Assembly: GCA_964408285.1 (NCBI GenBank)
Contig: CAYOYV010000005.1
Location: forward strand, 32,001 to 96,000
DNA length: 64,000 bases
Source of the DNA: an uncultured Nitrososphaerota archaeon
GTDB lineage: Archaea > Thermoproteota > EX4484-205 > JAAOZO01
Direction: 5' to 3'
In this document: one piece after another, positions 9,383 to 18,632 of the stretch
How positions within the stretch are numbered: the stretch's first letter is position 1
How the letters are laid out: each line of letters starts with the position of its first letter
Translations under genes and position numbers: made by a program
The notes under the pieces: model-generated
Databases searched by the model: none
Seen by the model: the letters and a program-made list of their open reading frames with translations, nothing else
What the model was told of the DNA's origin: nothing

Positions 9383-10282
9383 TCAAGTCTCTTCCCTCTT
9401 GGGCGGCTTCCTCTGGGCAAGCTTGGCGAGATATGAGACCTTGAAGTATCTCCGGATATCGGGTTGGGAACTGATGGTGTCATATCTCCTGCTTTCTATT
9501 TGTTGGATTCGGCTTTGTGTCAGATTTCTCTTGATCCATGTCAGATAGCTGCTTCTGGCCAGGATGCTCGCCGCAGCAACAGATGGCGCTCCCCCGGCGT
9601 GGGGCATCGCTTGGATCCGCTCTCCCTCTAGGAGGCCCTCAATCACCCTTGTCTTGGCCTTCTTCTTGCTCGAGTCGAACTCGTCAACAATGATCTTCCC
9701 GGGTTTCATTGGCAATCCTTGGATAACCGCCTGCAGAACGCGACCATGACCCCAAGCAAGTATGTCATTCAGATTCTTCCCGATGCTTTTCGACGCATCG
9801 AAGAGTTCATTGAACCTGAACGGCTCAATTGTGAGGACTTTGTGAGCAATGGATTCCAGCCTTATGGCATTGGCGAGTCCCCCCATCATTCCTTCTGGAA
9901 CGACCTTGCTGTCAGCAACGCCCATCGACTGCAAGTATGAGGCTTGTCTTGGATCAAGGGCAACGGCTGCTATCACCAGCGGTCCTGCCACCTCGCCTTT
10001 GCCTGCCTCATCAGAGCCAACGATCACTCCTTCTTGACTGTATTTGCCGTACAGGATCCTCTCTATCACATGTCTGGTTTCTTCTGATTGCTCATACACC
10101 ACCTTACCAGAGGAGTAGACTATCACAAGTCTGCCGTGCAGGCGACCTCTTAAGGACTCGTATCTGCTTGTAGGTTCATCCCTCAAAAAACCAACCGAGG
10201 AGGTCAAAGCCTGACGCAGAGGGCTGTTCAGATCGGCCGGGATGAACGCAGATAGTTGCGTTTTCTGATTCCAGTACTTCAT
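9383..10282 (-). CDS. Ribonuclease HII/HIII family protein with N-terminal TBP-like (RNase HIII-type) extension
   Basis: N-terminal VIVYSSGKVVY, then GSDEAGKGEVAGPLV, GVADSK, IVDEF and SVAAASILAR. Confidence 0.78.
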   Translation of the reverse strand: MKYWNQKTQLSAFIPADLNSPLRQALTSSVGFLRDEPTSRYESLRGRLHGRLVIVYSSGKVVYEQSEETRHVIERILYGKYSQEGVIVGSDEAGKGEVAGPLVIAAVALDPRQASYLQSMGVADSKVVPEGMMGGLANAIRLESIAHKVLTIEPFRFNELFDASKSIGKNLNDILAWGHGRVLQAVIQGLPMKPGKIIVDEFDSSKKKAKTRVIEGLLEGERIQAMPHAGGAPSVAAASILARSSYLTWIKRNLTQSRIQQIESRRYDTISSQPDIRRYFKVSYLAKLAQRKPPKREET

Positions 10283-10343
10283 TCTAGCTCGAATCTAGCT
10301 CGCTTTGGAAGATCACGCCAGAACCATAGATAAGAGTTTCGAG

Positions 10344-10826
10344 TCATTTGCCGGACTTCCTTCTCTGGATCGGCCGTTCCTCCCAAGGGAAGATGACGCA
10401 CCGAGCTTCGCTTTCCGAAAAGAAATCAGGAGGGAAACGAGGATGGGGCTTGGCAAAAACAGAAGCAGTGAGCACCCTCCTGGAACCCATTTGGAGAAGT
10501 CTCATCTTTGCTTCTTCTAGAGTCATACCGGTTGATATTATATCATCGACCAACACGAAGCTCCTCCCCTGGGTCTCGAAGTCCGGTCTTTCAACCACTG
10601 GATGCGAGAATAACTCGTTCGGAGGCTTCCCTTCCCCATAATGGATTACCCTAATGGAGTGAAGGTTCGGCGATCCGAGAGCTACGGCCAGCATGCCGGC
10701 GCATACCAGGCCCCCTCTTGCCACCCCCACAACTGCATCGAACTGGCCCTGGCTTGATATGAACTTGGCCACCTTCCTTATCAAAATCTCGAGTTCTTCC
10801 CACCCAATCTTTCTTGTTTCGATCAA
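10344..10826 (-). CDS. Type I phosphoribosyltransferase (purine salvage, Hpt/Gpt-like)
   Basis: VGVARGG, VLVDDIISTGMT PRPP-binding motif and C-terminal VIFPWE. Confidence 0.85.
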   Translation of the reverse strand: MIETRKIGWEELEILIRKVAKFISSQGQFDAVVGVARGGLVCAGMLAVALGSPNLHSIRVIHYGEGKPPNELFSHPVVERPDFETQGRSFVLVDDIISTGMTLEEAKMRLLQMGSRRVLTASVFAKPHPRFPPDFFSESEARCVIFPWEERPIQRRKSGK

Positions 10827-11108
10827 TCATAGCCAATCCTCCGATGTGTCTTATATCCATTGGGCGCGCCGAGTGGAATGGAAGACCGCTCGCCTTTCTC
10901 TAGCATGGCAGACATCTTGCAGGACCTACCCCCCCAAATCGAAATCTAGCGACTTCTCCTCAAGACATGCTGAAGCGCGTCTTTCTGGCCTGTTGAACCG
11001 AAATAAACGATATTCGCAGATTCGGGGCTGATTCTGCCGAAATTGGGAGGAATGAGGTCCAGAAAAGGCGCGATATGATTATAGTGAAAGTCCAGCCCCG
11101 GTCAATCA

Positions 11109-11732
11109 ATGAATGCGAGGGGCCTGTGGGCGGCGCTTGTGATTTCAATTCTGGTTGGAGGCTCGATCGTGAGATATTCGGTCGGCCAGGATGAATCAGG
11201 AGCTGAGGACGAAGAAACATTGCCGATTGGTCTTTTGATTCACGCTCAGATCAAGGAATTGATCGCTGAACGTTTGGTCCGTATCCATGAGCTGATAATG
11301 GACCACAAGTTGGAGAAGGCGGAACAGAACGAGGAGAAGCTTCAGTTGATACTCCAATTCCACGAAATGATAAGGGATAGGAACATGATGCTCAAGCAGG
11401 AACTCGAAGACCTCAGGCGCAGATTCGAAAATGGCGAGATAACACAAGAGGAATACAGGATGGAAATGGAGAGACTGAAGTCAGAATTCCGGGAACAGAA
11501 GGGCAGTTTCCTGCATCTGGGCCAGCAGCTCAAGGCACTGATGGACACGCTCAAGGATGGCGGAGGAAATCTCGGACAGCAGATCTCTGCAGTAAACAAG
11601 GAGATTCACGAGCAGATGGCCGCAATCAGAGATGAAATGAAGGAAGCAGAGAAGGCAGCGAAAGAACAGGAAGCAAAGGGCAAGGGCCATGACAACGACA
11701 ACAATAGCAACAACAACCGAGGAGGAAGGTAA
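11109..11732 (+). CDS. Exported coiled-coil hypothetical protein
   Basis: N-terminal hydrophobic signal, long E/K/Q-rich helical body with ENGEITQEEY, and an Asn-rich tail. Confidence 0.7.
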   Translation: MNARGLWAALVISILVGGSIVRYSVGQDESGAEDEETLPIGLLIHAQIKELIAERLVRIHELIMDHKLEKAEQNEEKLQLILQFHEMIRDRNMMLKQELEDLRRRFENGEITQEEYRMEMERLKSEFREQKGSFLHLGQQLKALMDTLKDGGGNLGQQISAVNKEIHEQMAAIRDEMKEAEKAAKEQEAKGKGHDNDNNSNNNRGGR

Positions 11733-11734
11733 AC

Positions 11735-11983
11735 ATGATGAGCCCTGATTTCTTCAAGAAGGCAGGAAGCCTACCGGACGGGGACTTTGCAAAGCTTGCG
11801 AAGTCTTGCATGAATGAATTGCTGGGCGAGTCGATCTCGCTTGCCATAGTATATCACTTGGGTGGTTCTGATGTTCTACACAACCCCAAGGTCTTCGAAA
11901 GCAAGCTCCAAAACACGTTTGGGCCGGGAGCAGACACAATCCTGAACTACATCTATAGAAATCTAGAGACGAAGCAGCCATAG
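11735..11983 (+). CDS. Small archaeal helical protein (DUF3227/NitrOD-like)
   Basis: LLGESISLAIVYHL...NPKVFESKLQNTFGPGADTIL pattern. Starts 2 bp after the upstream stop, with a GGAGGAAGG RBS-like sequence. Confidence 0.55.
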   Translation: MMSPDFFKKAGSLPDGDFAKLAKSCMNELLGESISLAIVYHLGGSDVLHNPKVFESKLQNTFGPGADTILNYIYRNLETKQP

Positions 11984-12159
11984 GAAGATCGGGGAGATCC
12001 CCGTCACTGCGAGTGATCGTCTGCGCCCCCGGAGGCTAATTCCTTTCGCCCAAGAGGGGGTGTGTGCAAAATTATTAGAAAATCGCACGCAATCGAATGA
12101 TTCTTTTGCCAATGCATATAAGGGGATGTTTGTAACAAAAACATCAGGCATCGGGCGCT

Positions 12160-13731
12160 ATGTCAATAGGCGGGAGAAACATCGGGCGCGGATTGGGCCT
12201 TTCCGAAGGCTTTCGTGCCTGCTTGATCTTACTGATATTGCTACAGTTATTGCCCGCCGCAACTGGGGAGTTCCAGGAGCTTGGAACAACCATAAAGATT
12301 CAACTGCACAGAGATGGAACAGCCAGATGGACATTCCTCAAGAAACTGAATCTCACAGATGAAGATCAAGTCGAGGCATTCGAGCGGTTTGCGGAGGAAC
12401 AGGAACTGAACAGGAGCAATCTAATATCTGAATTCTCTTCAAGATTCGATTCAATCGTTGGCAAGGCTGCCACTCTGACTAACCGCTCGATGAGGGCCTA
12501 CGATTACAATGTTTCCTTCTCGATTTCTCCGATAATCACCGGAGGAAGCATTGGGCTGATAGAGTATTCCTTCAGCTGGGAAGGATTTGCGGTGAAGACA
12601 GATAGCAGATTAGTAATAGGCGACGTCTTCGAAGGTGGTTTCTATCTCTACGACGGCGACAGATTGATCGTGAGTTATCCCTCCGATTATTCAGTGTCCA
12701 GCGTAGTCCCTTCGCCAGACCAAGCAACATCAACTGAAATCACATGGTTTGGAAGGAGGATCTTCGAGGCTGGAAGACCCTCGGTAGAGCTGAGAAGCAG
12801 AATCGTCAATGTGACCCTGTATCCGACCAACGAAGAAGTCAACGTCGGGCACCCGATGTCAGTCTTGGGGAGGATAACTCCTGCATATAGACTGAGTCTC
12901 TCGATCGTCTATCTCAGGCCGAATGGTACCAGCTTCGAGAGATTAGTAACTAGCTCACTCGATGGCACTTTCAATGACACGACACAGGCGGACCAAGAGG
13001 GAACCTACAAGATACTTGCTAGATGGATTGGAAGTGAACAACTCAACCCCGCTGAGAGCAACATCGTGACGGTCAAGACCGTTGCGGCGCACGCGCCCAC
13101 AATCACCAATGTGACGATCCTCCTGCACCTTTCAACAGACAGAGCGGAGGTCGGCCAATCTCTGACAATCACTGGTAAGGTGATTCCGGCCTTGGTGCTG
13201 AATCTCACCCTGACTTCTCTCAGGCCCGGAGGATCGATGTCTGAGGTCTATCTAAGAACACATGCGAACGGAACATTCGAGCACGAGATGAAGGTGGACC
13301 AGGAAGGAAATTATTCATTCATCGTTAATTGGAACGGAAACGAATCGGTTAATCCTGCTCAAAGCAATCCCGTGACCGCCGTAGCGTACCAGACGTTTTC
13401 CGGCATTATCATGTCTCATTGGATAGAGATAGCTTTGGTGAGCCTCATTGCAGTTCCTGGGGCGTATTTCGCATGGAGAAGCATAAATATGTCAAGGAAG
13501 ATCGAAGGCGAGATCCCCCCGGACGTAAGGGAACGGGATGAGGCAATTGTTCTGTCAATACTCAAGTCAAAAGGTGGGAGTCTTCCGCAATCAGAAATAA
13601 AGAGGCACACTCGCTTCTCCAAGGCAAAGACGTCCTTCATTCTCAAGTCCCTCCAAGACAAGGGTCATATTTGGAAGGAGAAATGGGGAAGGGAATTCAT
13701 TGTACATCTGAAGGCGGAGGCCGATCGCTAG
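12160..13731 (+). CDS. Membrane-spanning regulator: signal peptide, extracellular beta domain, two Ig-like repeats, TM helix, C-terminal winged HTH (COG2512-like)
   Basis: Signal peptide, DGTARWT and IGDVFEGGFYL domain, two ~90-aa repeats, TM WIEIALVSLIAVPGAYFAW, and HTH GGSLPQSEIKRHTRFSKAKTSFILKSLQDKGHIWKEKWGRE. Confidence 0.8.
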   Translation: MSIGGRNIGRGLGLSEGFRACLILLILLQLLPAATGEFQELGTTIKIQLHRDGTARWTFLKKLNLTDEDQVEAFERFAEEQELNRSNLISEFSSRFDSIVGKAATLTNRSMRAYDYNVSFSISPIITGGSIGLIEYSFSWEGFAVKTDSRLVIGDVFEGGFYLYDGDRLIVSYPSDYSVSSVVPSPDQATSTEITWFGRRIFEAGRPSVELRSRIVNVTLYPTNEEVNVGHPMSVLGRITPAYRLSLSIVYLRPNGTSFERLVTSSLDGTFNDTTQADQEGTYKILARWIGSEQLNPAESNIVTVKTVAAHAPTITNVTILLHLSTDRAEVGQSLTITGKVIPALVLNLTLTSLRPGGSMSEVYLRTHANGTFEHEMKVDQEGNYSFIVNWNGNESVNPAQSNPVTAVAYQTFSGIIMSHWIEIALVSLIAVPGAYFAWRSINMSRKIEGEIPPDVRERDEAIVLSILKSKGGSLPQSEIKRHTRFSKAKTSFILKSLQDKGHIWKEKWGREFIVHLKAEADR

Positions 13732-13744
13732 AACAAAGAATTGA

Positions 13745-14929
13745 TTGGGAGGCCATGGGGGTATTAGGGATAAGAGATATTTCGTCCTTCGTGTGTACGG
13801 ATCTCAGATATTAGTGGTGTCCTTCGGCCAGCTACTAGAGATTCTCAAAACGATCAGATCGAGAGATAGACGCCAAGAGCAGATAGAAGCCTTCTTCTCA
13901 GCGACTAGGAGGGAATTCCCCATAGTCGAGGGAGATTCGGTATATTTCGTATACAAAGGAGAGGTTCTGTTCGGTATTGGCGTGGCAGGGGACATGAACA
14001 ACTGGGACACAAGATCGCATCCAATGGAGTCAATCCCTATGACGGATCTGCACTATTTGAGGTGCCAATTCCCTTCCAATGCAAGAATAGAATACAAGTT
14101 CGTGAAGGATGGCGCTTGGATTGTCGACCCGCTCAATCTGAAAACATGCACCGGGGAGATAGGGCTCAATTCATTTCTGACCATGCCAGAATATTCTGAA
14201 CCGCCCCAATATGCTCTCCAGGGGACTCATCGGGGGAGATCATGCTCTCACTCATTCGAGAGCGACTTGTTGAGGACTCGTGTTGACCTCGGCGTACATT
14301 TTCCTGCCCCCGCAGTGGATGCAGAGACCTGCTCCCTGCTTTGTGTCCTAGATGGCGAGAAATTCAAAAGATACGCCCAAGTGGACTTGGTTTGTCATCT
14401 ACACAATGCTCAAGAGGAGACAGAAAAGGTAATTCTCGCATTGATTGACTTCGAACACAGCAGAGATCTCAAGGAATCTCGCCTAATATCAAGAATGATC
14501 ATAGAGGAGGTGTTGCCCTTCATAGGGTCGAGCTATCCGGTTGACAAGAAGCTCAGCGCAAGAGCACTATTGGGTGCTTCCTTCCTAGGAGTCATTCCCT
14601 TTCTCACTGTGCTGGAAAGTCCAGGGGCATTTGGGAAAGTGGGCTGTATGTCTGGCTATCTAGGCAGGTCCGGGGGCGCCATTATTCAAGATTTCTTGTC
14701 CAGGTCAAGACTCGAATTGAAGGTCTACATGAGTTGCGGAACGTTCGAGACCAACATAGGAGGCGCTGGAAGCTTCATCGACTCAGCTCGACTCATGCAC
14801 GAGGCCCTAATGTCACGTGGATATGATGTACTCTACGAGGAATCTCCCGAGGGACATAGCTGGTTCAGCCGAAGGGCCAGACTCATATCGCTTTTTCGCT
14901 TCTTTTTCAGTGGATCAAAGGCACTTTGA
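13745..14929 (+). CDS. Alpha/beta-hydrolase esterase (Fes-like) with N-terminal CBM48/E-set-like domain
   Basis: VAGDMNNW...EYKFVKDGAWIVDPLN domain, VLDGE, GASFLG nucleophile elbow and GHSW. The true start may be GTG 13814/13817. Confidence 0.75.
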   Translation: MGGHGGIRDKRYFVLRVYGSQILVVSFGQLLEILKTIRSRDRRQEQIEAFFSATRREFPIVEGDSVYFVYKGEVLFGIGVAGDMNNWDTRSHPMESIPMTDLHYLRCQFPSNARIEYKFVKDGAWIVDPLNLKTCTGEIGLNSFLTMPEYSEPPQYALQGTHRGRSCSHSFESDLLRTRVDLGVHFPAPAVDAETCSLLCVLDGEKFKRYAQVDLVCHLHNAQEETEKVILALIDFEHSRDLKESRLISRMIIEEVLPFIGSSYPVDKKLSARALLGASFLGVIPFLTVLESPGAFGKVGCMSGYLGRSGGAIIQDFLSRSRLELKVYMSCGTFETNIGGAGSFIDSARLMHEALMSRGYDVLYEESPEGHSWFSRRARLISLFRFFFSGSKAL

Positions 14930-15021
14930 GGCTCGATATACCAATGACCGCAACCCACCGATAGACCTAGGCCATGCAATAGAGATCATATTCCACATTT
15001 CGATGGTATACAACTGGATAG

Positions 15022-15228
15022 ATGGATGTGGGACATAGGATCGGCTTGAGAGCCAAAGCTAAGGCGCGGACGCGCGTGCTCTCTAGCCTCTATGGTTCGA
15101 GGGCAGGTACTGTTTTGGCAGTCTTCACAAGCAAACCTCAAGACACATTCGAGGTTATGGGAGAAGACGACGCGATAATGGTTGGCTTGGAAGCTGCCGC
15201 CGATCTCAGCGGCGCCATGGAGCGCTAG
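15022..15228 (+). pseudogene. Short ORF resembling the C-terminal end of a uridine/nucleoside phosphorylase (remnant)
   Basis: VLSSLYGSRAGTVLAVF...FEVMGEDDAIMVGLEAA resembles the PNP_UDP_1 C-terminus. The N-terminal catalytic part is absent. Confidence 0.4.
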
Positions 15229-15246
15229 AAGACTGAAAGCCAATCC

Positions 15247-15978
15247 TCATAGCGGAAGAAACTCACCTACCTGTCTCCTTGTTGCCCATTCGTTTGGAAT
15301 CATGAACACTTGAGCATATTTGCACCGAGCCTCGATGCCTCTTAGCCTCGCAAGGGCCCTATAGTACCCTATGTAGTCGAAGCCTGAGTACTTCCCATCC
15401 GTGAAATCATAGAGTGATATCGCATCGATGTAGGCCTCCAGTTGATCGCTCACATCGACATAGATATCGTGCTGAAAGCCTTGAGGGTCCTCCCAATTCT
15501 CGGGGAAGAAGAATCCCCTTACCCTTGGCGATGGCTTGCCCTTGGTGGACGCATTGTTCTTGGCTCGATTGATGCCCTCGTTAACGTTGAGAAAGGTCAA
15601 TATGTGATCCGGATGATAGCTTCCTTTCCAGTGTGTCAACACTATGTCAGGTTCAAAATCGGCGAGGACGCCGCAGACCTTGGATATCATGTCCTCGCTT
15701 TCAAAAGGTTCACCTTCCTTGTATCCCATGAATCTGATTTGAGTGCCCAGGAGCTTCCCGACCTGAAAGGCTTGGTCATATCTTTGCTGCGCATACTGCT
15801 CAACGGTGAGATTAGGGGGCTTGGCCCATTTCCCTGATGGTCTCAATGCATGTATTGTCATTGTACTGGCACCGTGATGGCTGTACTTCATCAGAAGCGC
15901 GCCTGCAGTTATCTCCATGTCGCCCGCATGTGCCCCAAACGCGGCTATTCTGATGTCGCGAAGCTTCCCACTTCTCAA
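15247..15978 (-). CDS. PIG-L/LmbE family N-acetylsugar deacetylase
   Basis: AHAGDME (variant of AHxDDE), PDIVLTHW, YHPDH, YVDVS and RLRG motifs. Confidence 0.82.
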   Translation of the reverse strand: MRSGKLRDIRIAAFGAHAGDMEITAGALLMKYSHHGASTMTIHALRPSGKWAKPPNLTVEQYAQQRYDQAFQVGKLLGTQIRFMGYKEGEPFESEDMISKVCGVLADFEPDIVLTHWKGSYHPDHILTFLNVNEGINRAKNNASTKGKPSPRVRGFFFPENWEDPQGFQHDIYVDVSDQLEAYIDAISLYDFTDGKYSGFDYIGYYRALARLRGIEARCKYAQVFMIPNEWATRRQVGEFLPL

Positions 15979-16036
15979 TGATTCTCCGGGTTGAGGTTGC
16001 GTACCGTTGGATATTAGGATATTCCGAGGAAGCCGT

Positions 16037-16957
16037 TTAGATTTCCTTCACCAAAATCGCGAATCTCCTACCTTCTATCATACCATGTCTTGAATAGAAC
16101 CTGTAGTTCCTTCCTCCTCCCCAAGCGAACCAGACGTTCTTTGCTCCCATTGACTGTATTGTCTTCAGGCACCTATGAAAAATGACAGCGCCTATACCCC
16201 TACCTCTGAGGTCAGAGGACACAGCAAATGGTCCGAAGTGTTCGATCAAACCATCAGTGGCGATTTGGCAATAGCCAACAACCTTCTGGTCCTTCAGTGC
16301 TATTGTAACCCAGTCGAGCTTGTCTGGATGGGAATCAAGGGTTTTCCTTAGATCCTCGTCCCAACCCGGCAATTCTCTCTTCAGGAAATGGATGAGGTCA
16401 ACAAGATGTTCATCATCAAGTTGCTGGAACGTAAATCCTTCCATGGAAAGTCGCCTTTCGAGTTCAAGAATCTGTTCTGGCACGTCATAGTCCATGAGGG
16501 TCCTATACATCGAGACTGAGTCCCTATTGGTCTCATTGAATCCGTTTTTGAGGAAGAAATCGATTGCAGTGGGATAGGCCTTTACATCTACACCAGGAAC
16601 GACATATCTCGGACCTCCAGACACCACGATTCTTCTGGCGCCTCTTTCCTTCTGTCTTTTCTCAATCTCGTGTAGCAGAGCAGTACCGATTCCTTTCCTT
16701 CGCCAGTCAGGCCTTACTGCTATGATATTGACATAACCAACGTCCTTCCGCATCGGCGCAAATATGAAACCTATTATATCTTCGTCCTGTTCTGCAACCA
16801 GGCAAAGACCCAAGTCAAAGCCCTCCTGCAGAATCACTTTCTGCCTGAAATTCACGGCACTGAGGCGATCCTGAGGAGTTGAAACATCCAATATCGAGAG
16901 GACTCTGCTCAGATCTCTTCCATTGAATTCTCTCATTCTCATAGTGGCAGATATCAC
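16037..16957 (-). CDS. Tandem-domain GNAT N-acetyltransferase
   Basis: Two acetyl-CoA motifs: AVRPDWRRKGIGTAL and GPFAVSSDLRGRGIGAVI. Confidence 0.85.
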   Translation of the reverse strand: MISATMRMREFNGRDLSRVLSILDVSTPQDRLSAVNFRQKVILQEGFDLGLCLVAEQDEDIIGFIFAPMRKDVGYVNIIAVRPDWRRKGIGTALLHEIEKRQKERGARRIVVSGGPRYVVPGVDVKAYPTAIDFFLKNGFNETNRDSVSMYRTLMDYDVPEQILELERRLSMEGFTFQQLDDEHLVDLIHFLKRELPGWDEDLRKTLDSHPDKLDWVTIALKDQKVVGYCQIATDGLIEHFGPFAVSSDLRGRGIGAVIFHRCLKTIQSMGAKNVWFAWGGGRNYRFYSRHGMIEGRRFAILVKEI

Positions 16958-17008
16958 AATCCGGACCTAAGAGATATTAGATAAAGTTTGGCGATAAGCC
17001 GCCGGCAA

Positions 17009-18094
17009 TTATAGTTTCGTAAAGGCCTCGACCGTATTCCAGTCGAGCCTCTCGACTATTCCGCTTGTCCATTTGATTGCGTTGGTCAAGTCTGATGTGC
17101 TCAGCATCGCAATGTGGGAGTGTATATGCCTCGTTGGAACGCAAATCACGATCGTCGGGCAGCCGGTCTTATGAAGGTGGATTCTGCCAGCATCGGTCCC
17201 ACCCCTAGTGGTCAAAGACAATTGGTATGGTATTTTCTCCTCCTCAGCAACCTGTATAGCGAGGTCCTTGAATGCTTGATTCGGTATCATTGTTGCCTCA
17301 TATGTCTGTATTGAAGGGCCCTTACCCATCTTCGTTGGCGCCTCCCTTGGCTTGATTCCGGGTACATCCCCGGCTATGTCCACTTCGAGCACTATGGCAG
17401 CATCTGGATCCACGACATGAGAGGAGGTGCTCGCTCCCCTCAATCCGACTTCTTCCATTACCGTTGCCGCGCCGTATAGCGTATTCGGATGCTCTGATCC
17501 CGACTCTGCGAAGCTCCTGATAGTTTCCATCGCAATCACGGCACCAAGCCTGTCATCGAATGCCTTTCCAATCGCAACCTTTCCGTCATTTACTAGGACA
17601 AAGGGAGAGAATGGAACGACTGGGTCTCCTATCCTGATGCCCATTCGATGGACATCTTCTTCACCCATTGCCCCCACATCTATGAACATGTTGTCCTTCT
17701 TCACGACCTGGTTCTGTTCGTCGGGAGTCAACAAATGAGGAGGCTTCGAGGCGATGACTCCCGTGTAGTCGCCTTTATTTGACCTCACGATCACCCTCTG
17801 TGCGAGAAGTACTTGATCGAACCAGCCCCCCAAAGTGGCAAAGCCAAGATATGCAGTCTCTTTCTCTATGCTTGTGACTATGAAGCCGACTTCGTCTACG
17901 TGTCCGGCCAGCATTACCTTCGGCCTGTCAGATTTTCCTCTTTTGGCGAATATTACGCTGCCCAGCTTATCGGTAGTGACCTGGTCCGAAAAGCGAGATA
18001 CATGCTCCTTTATCTTCCGTGAGACCTCCCTTTCGAATCCGGCGGGACCAAACGACTCTGAAAGCTCTTTAAGCAATTCGACCTCTGGGTTCAT
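17009..18094 (-). CDS. M42 family (TET) aminopeptidase
   Basis: GFEREV, AGHVDEVG, GKAFDDRLG, MEEVGLRGA, GGTDAG and PTRHIHS motifs. Confidence 0.93.
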   Translation of the reverse strand: MNPEVELLKELSESFGPAGFEREVSRKIKEHVSRFSDQVTTDKLGSVIFAKRGKSDRPKVMLAGHVDEVGFIVTSIEKETAYLGFATLGGWFDQVLLAQRVIVRSNKGDYTGVIASKPPHLLTPDEQNQVVKKDNMFIDVGAMGEEDVHRMGIRIGDPVVPFSPFVLVNDGKVAIGKAFDDRLGAVIAMETIRSFAESGSEHPNTLYGAATVMEEVGLRGASTSSHVVDPDAAIVLEVDIAGDVPGIKPREAPTKMGKGPSIQTYEATMIPNQAFKDLAIQVAEEEKIPYQLSLTTRGGTDAGRIHLHKTGCPTIVICVPTRHIHSHIAMLSTSDLTNAIKWTSGIVERLDWNTVEAFTKL

Positions 18095-18187
18095 GAGACG
18101 AGTGAAGGTCTGGTAGTCAGTTATAACTTTTTTGTGTGATAGTGCTCAGACTTAATTACCGAACTCAATCTTCATCCAATTGAGAGC

Positions 18188-18574
18188 ATGAGCGGAAAAA
18201 GGAATCCGGTCTACGTGGTGCAGAAACACGAGGCGTCTCATCTTCATTATGATCTGCGACTCGAAATGGAGGGGGTACTCAGGAGCTGGGCCGTACCGAA
18301 AGAACCCAGCAACGAACCCAATGTAAGGAGGCTAGCCATACAGGTAGAGGATCATCCTCTCGACTACGCCAAGTTCGAAGGAGTCATTCCTGAGGGGGAA
18401 TATGGGGCCGGGAGAGTTCAGATCTGGGATTCTGGCAACTATGAGATCATCGAACGAACTGGATCGCGCTTAAGCGTTGAAATCCACGGCAAGAAGTTGG
18501 AGGGAAAGTTCGCCTTAGTGAAATTTGGCAAGGCAGGGGAGAATAGCTGGCTTTTCTTCAAGCGAAAGGAATGA
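18188..18574 (+). CDS. Stand-alone DNA 3'-phosphoesterase (LigD PE domain)
   Basis: VVQKHEASHLHYDLRLE, SWAVPK, RRLAIQVEDHPLDY and GEYGAG-V-IWD motifs. Confidence 0.92.
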   Translation: MSGKRNPVYVVQKHEASHLHYDLRLEMEGVLRSWAVPKEPSNEPNVRRLAIQVEDHPLDYAKFEGVIPEGEYGAGRVQIWDSGNYEIIERTGSRLSVEIHGKKLEGKFALVKFGKAGENSWLFFKRKE

Positions 18575-18632
18575 TGTCCACGATTCATCGTCATGCGATC
18601 AGTCCAAGGCCGGTTCATGTAGATATATTTCC

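Noticed and set aside
11690-11720. AAC-rich microsatellite-like run
   Set aside because: It encodes the Asn-rich tail of the exported coiled-coil protein and is imperfect and short.
11990-12016. Two small hairpins (CGGGGA-GA-TCCCCG and TCACT-GCG-AGTGA) after the 82-aa gene
   Set aside because: The stems are short, the loops very small and there is no U-tract, which is insufficient to call a terminator or ncRNA.
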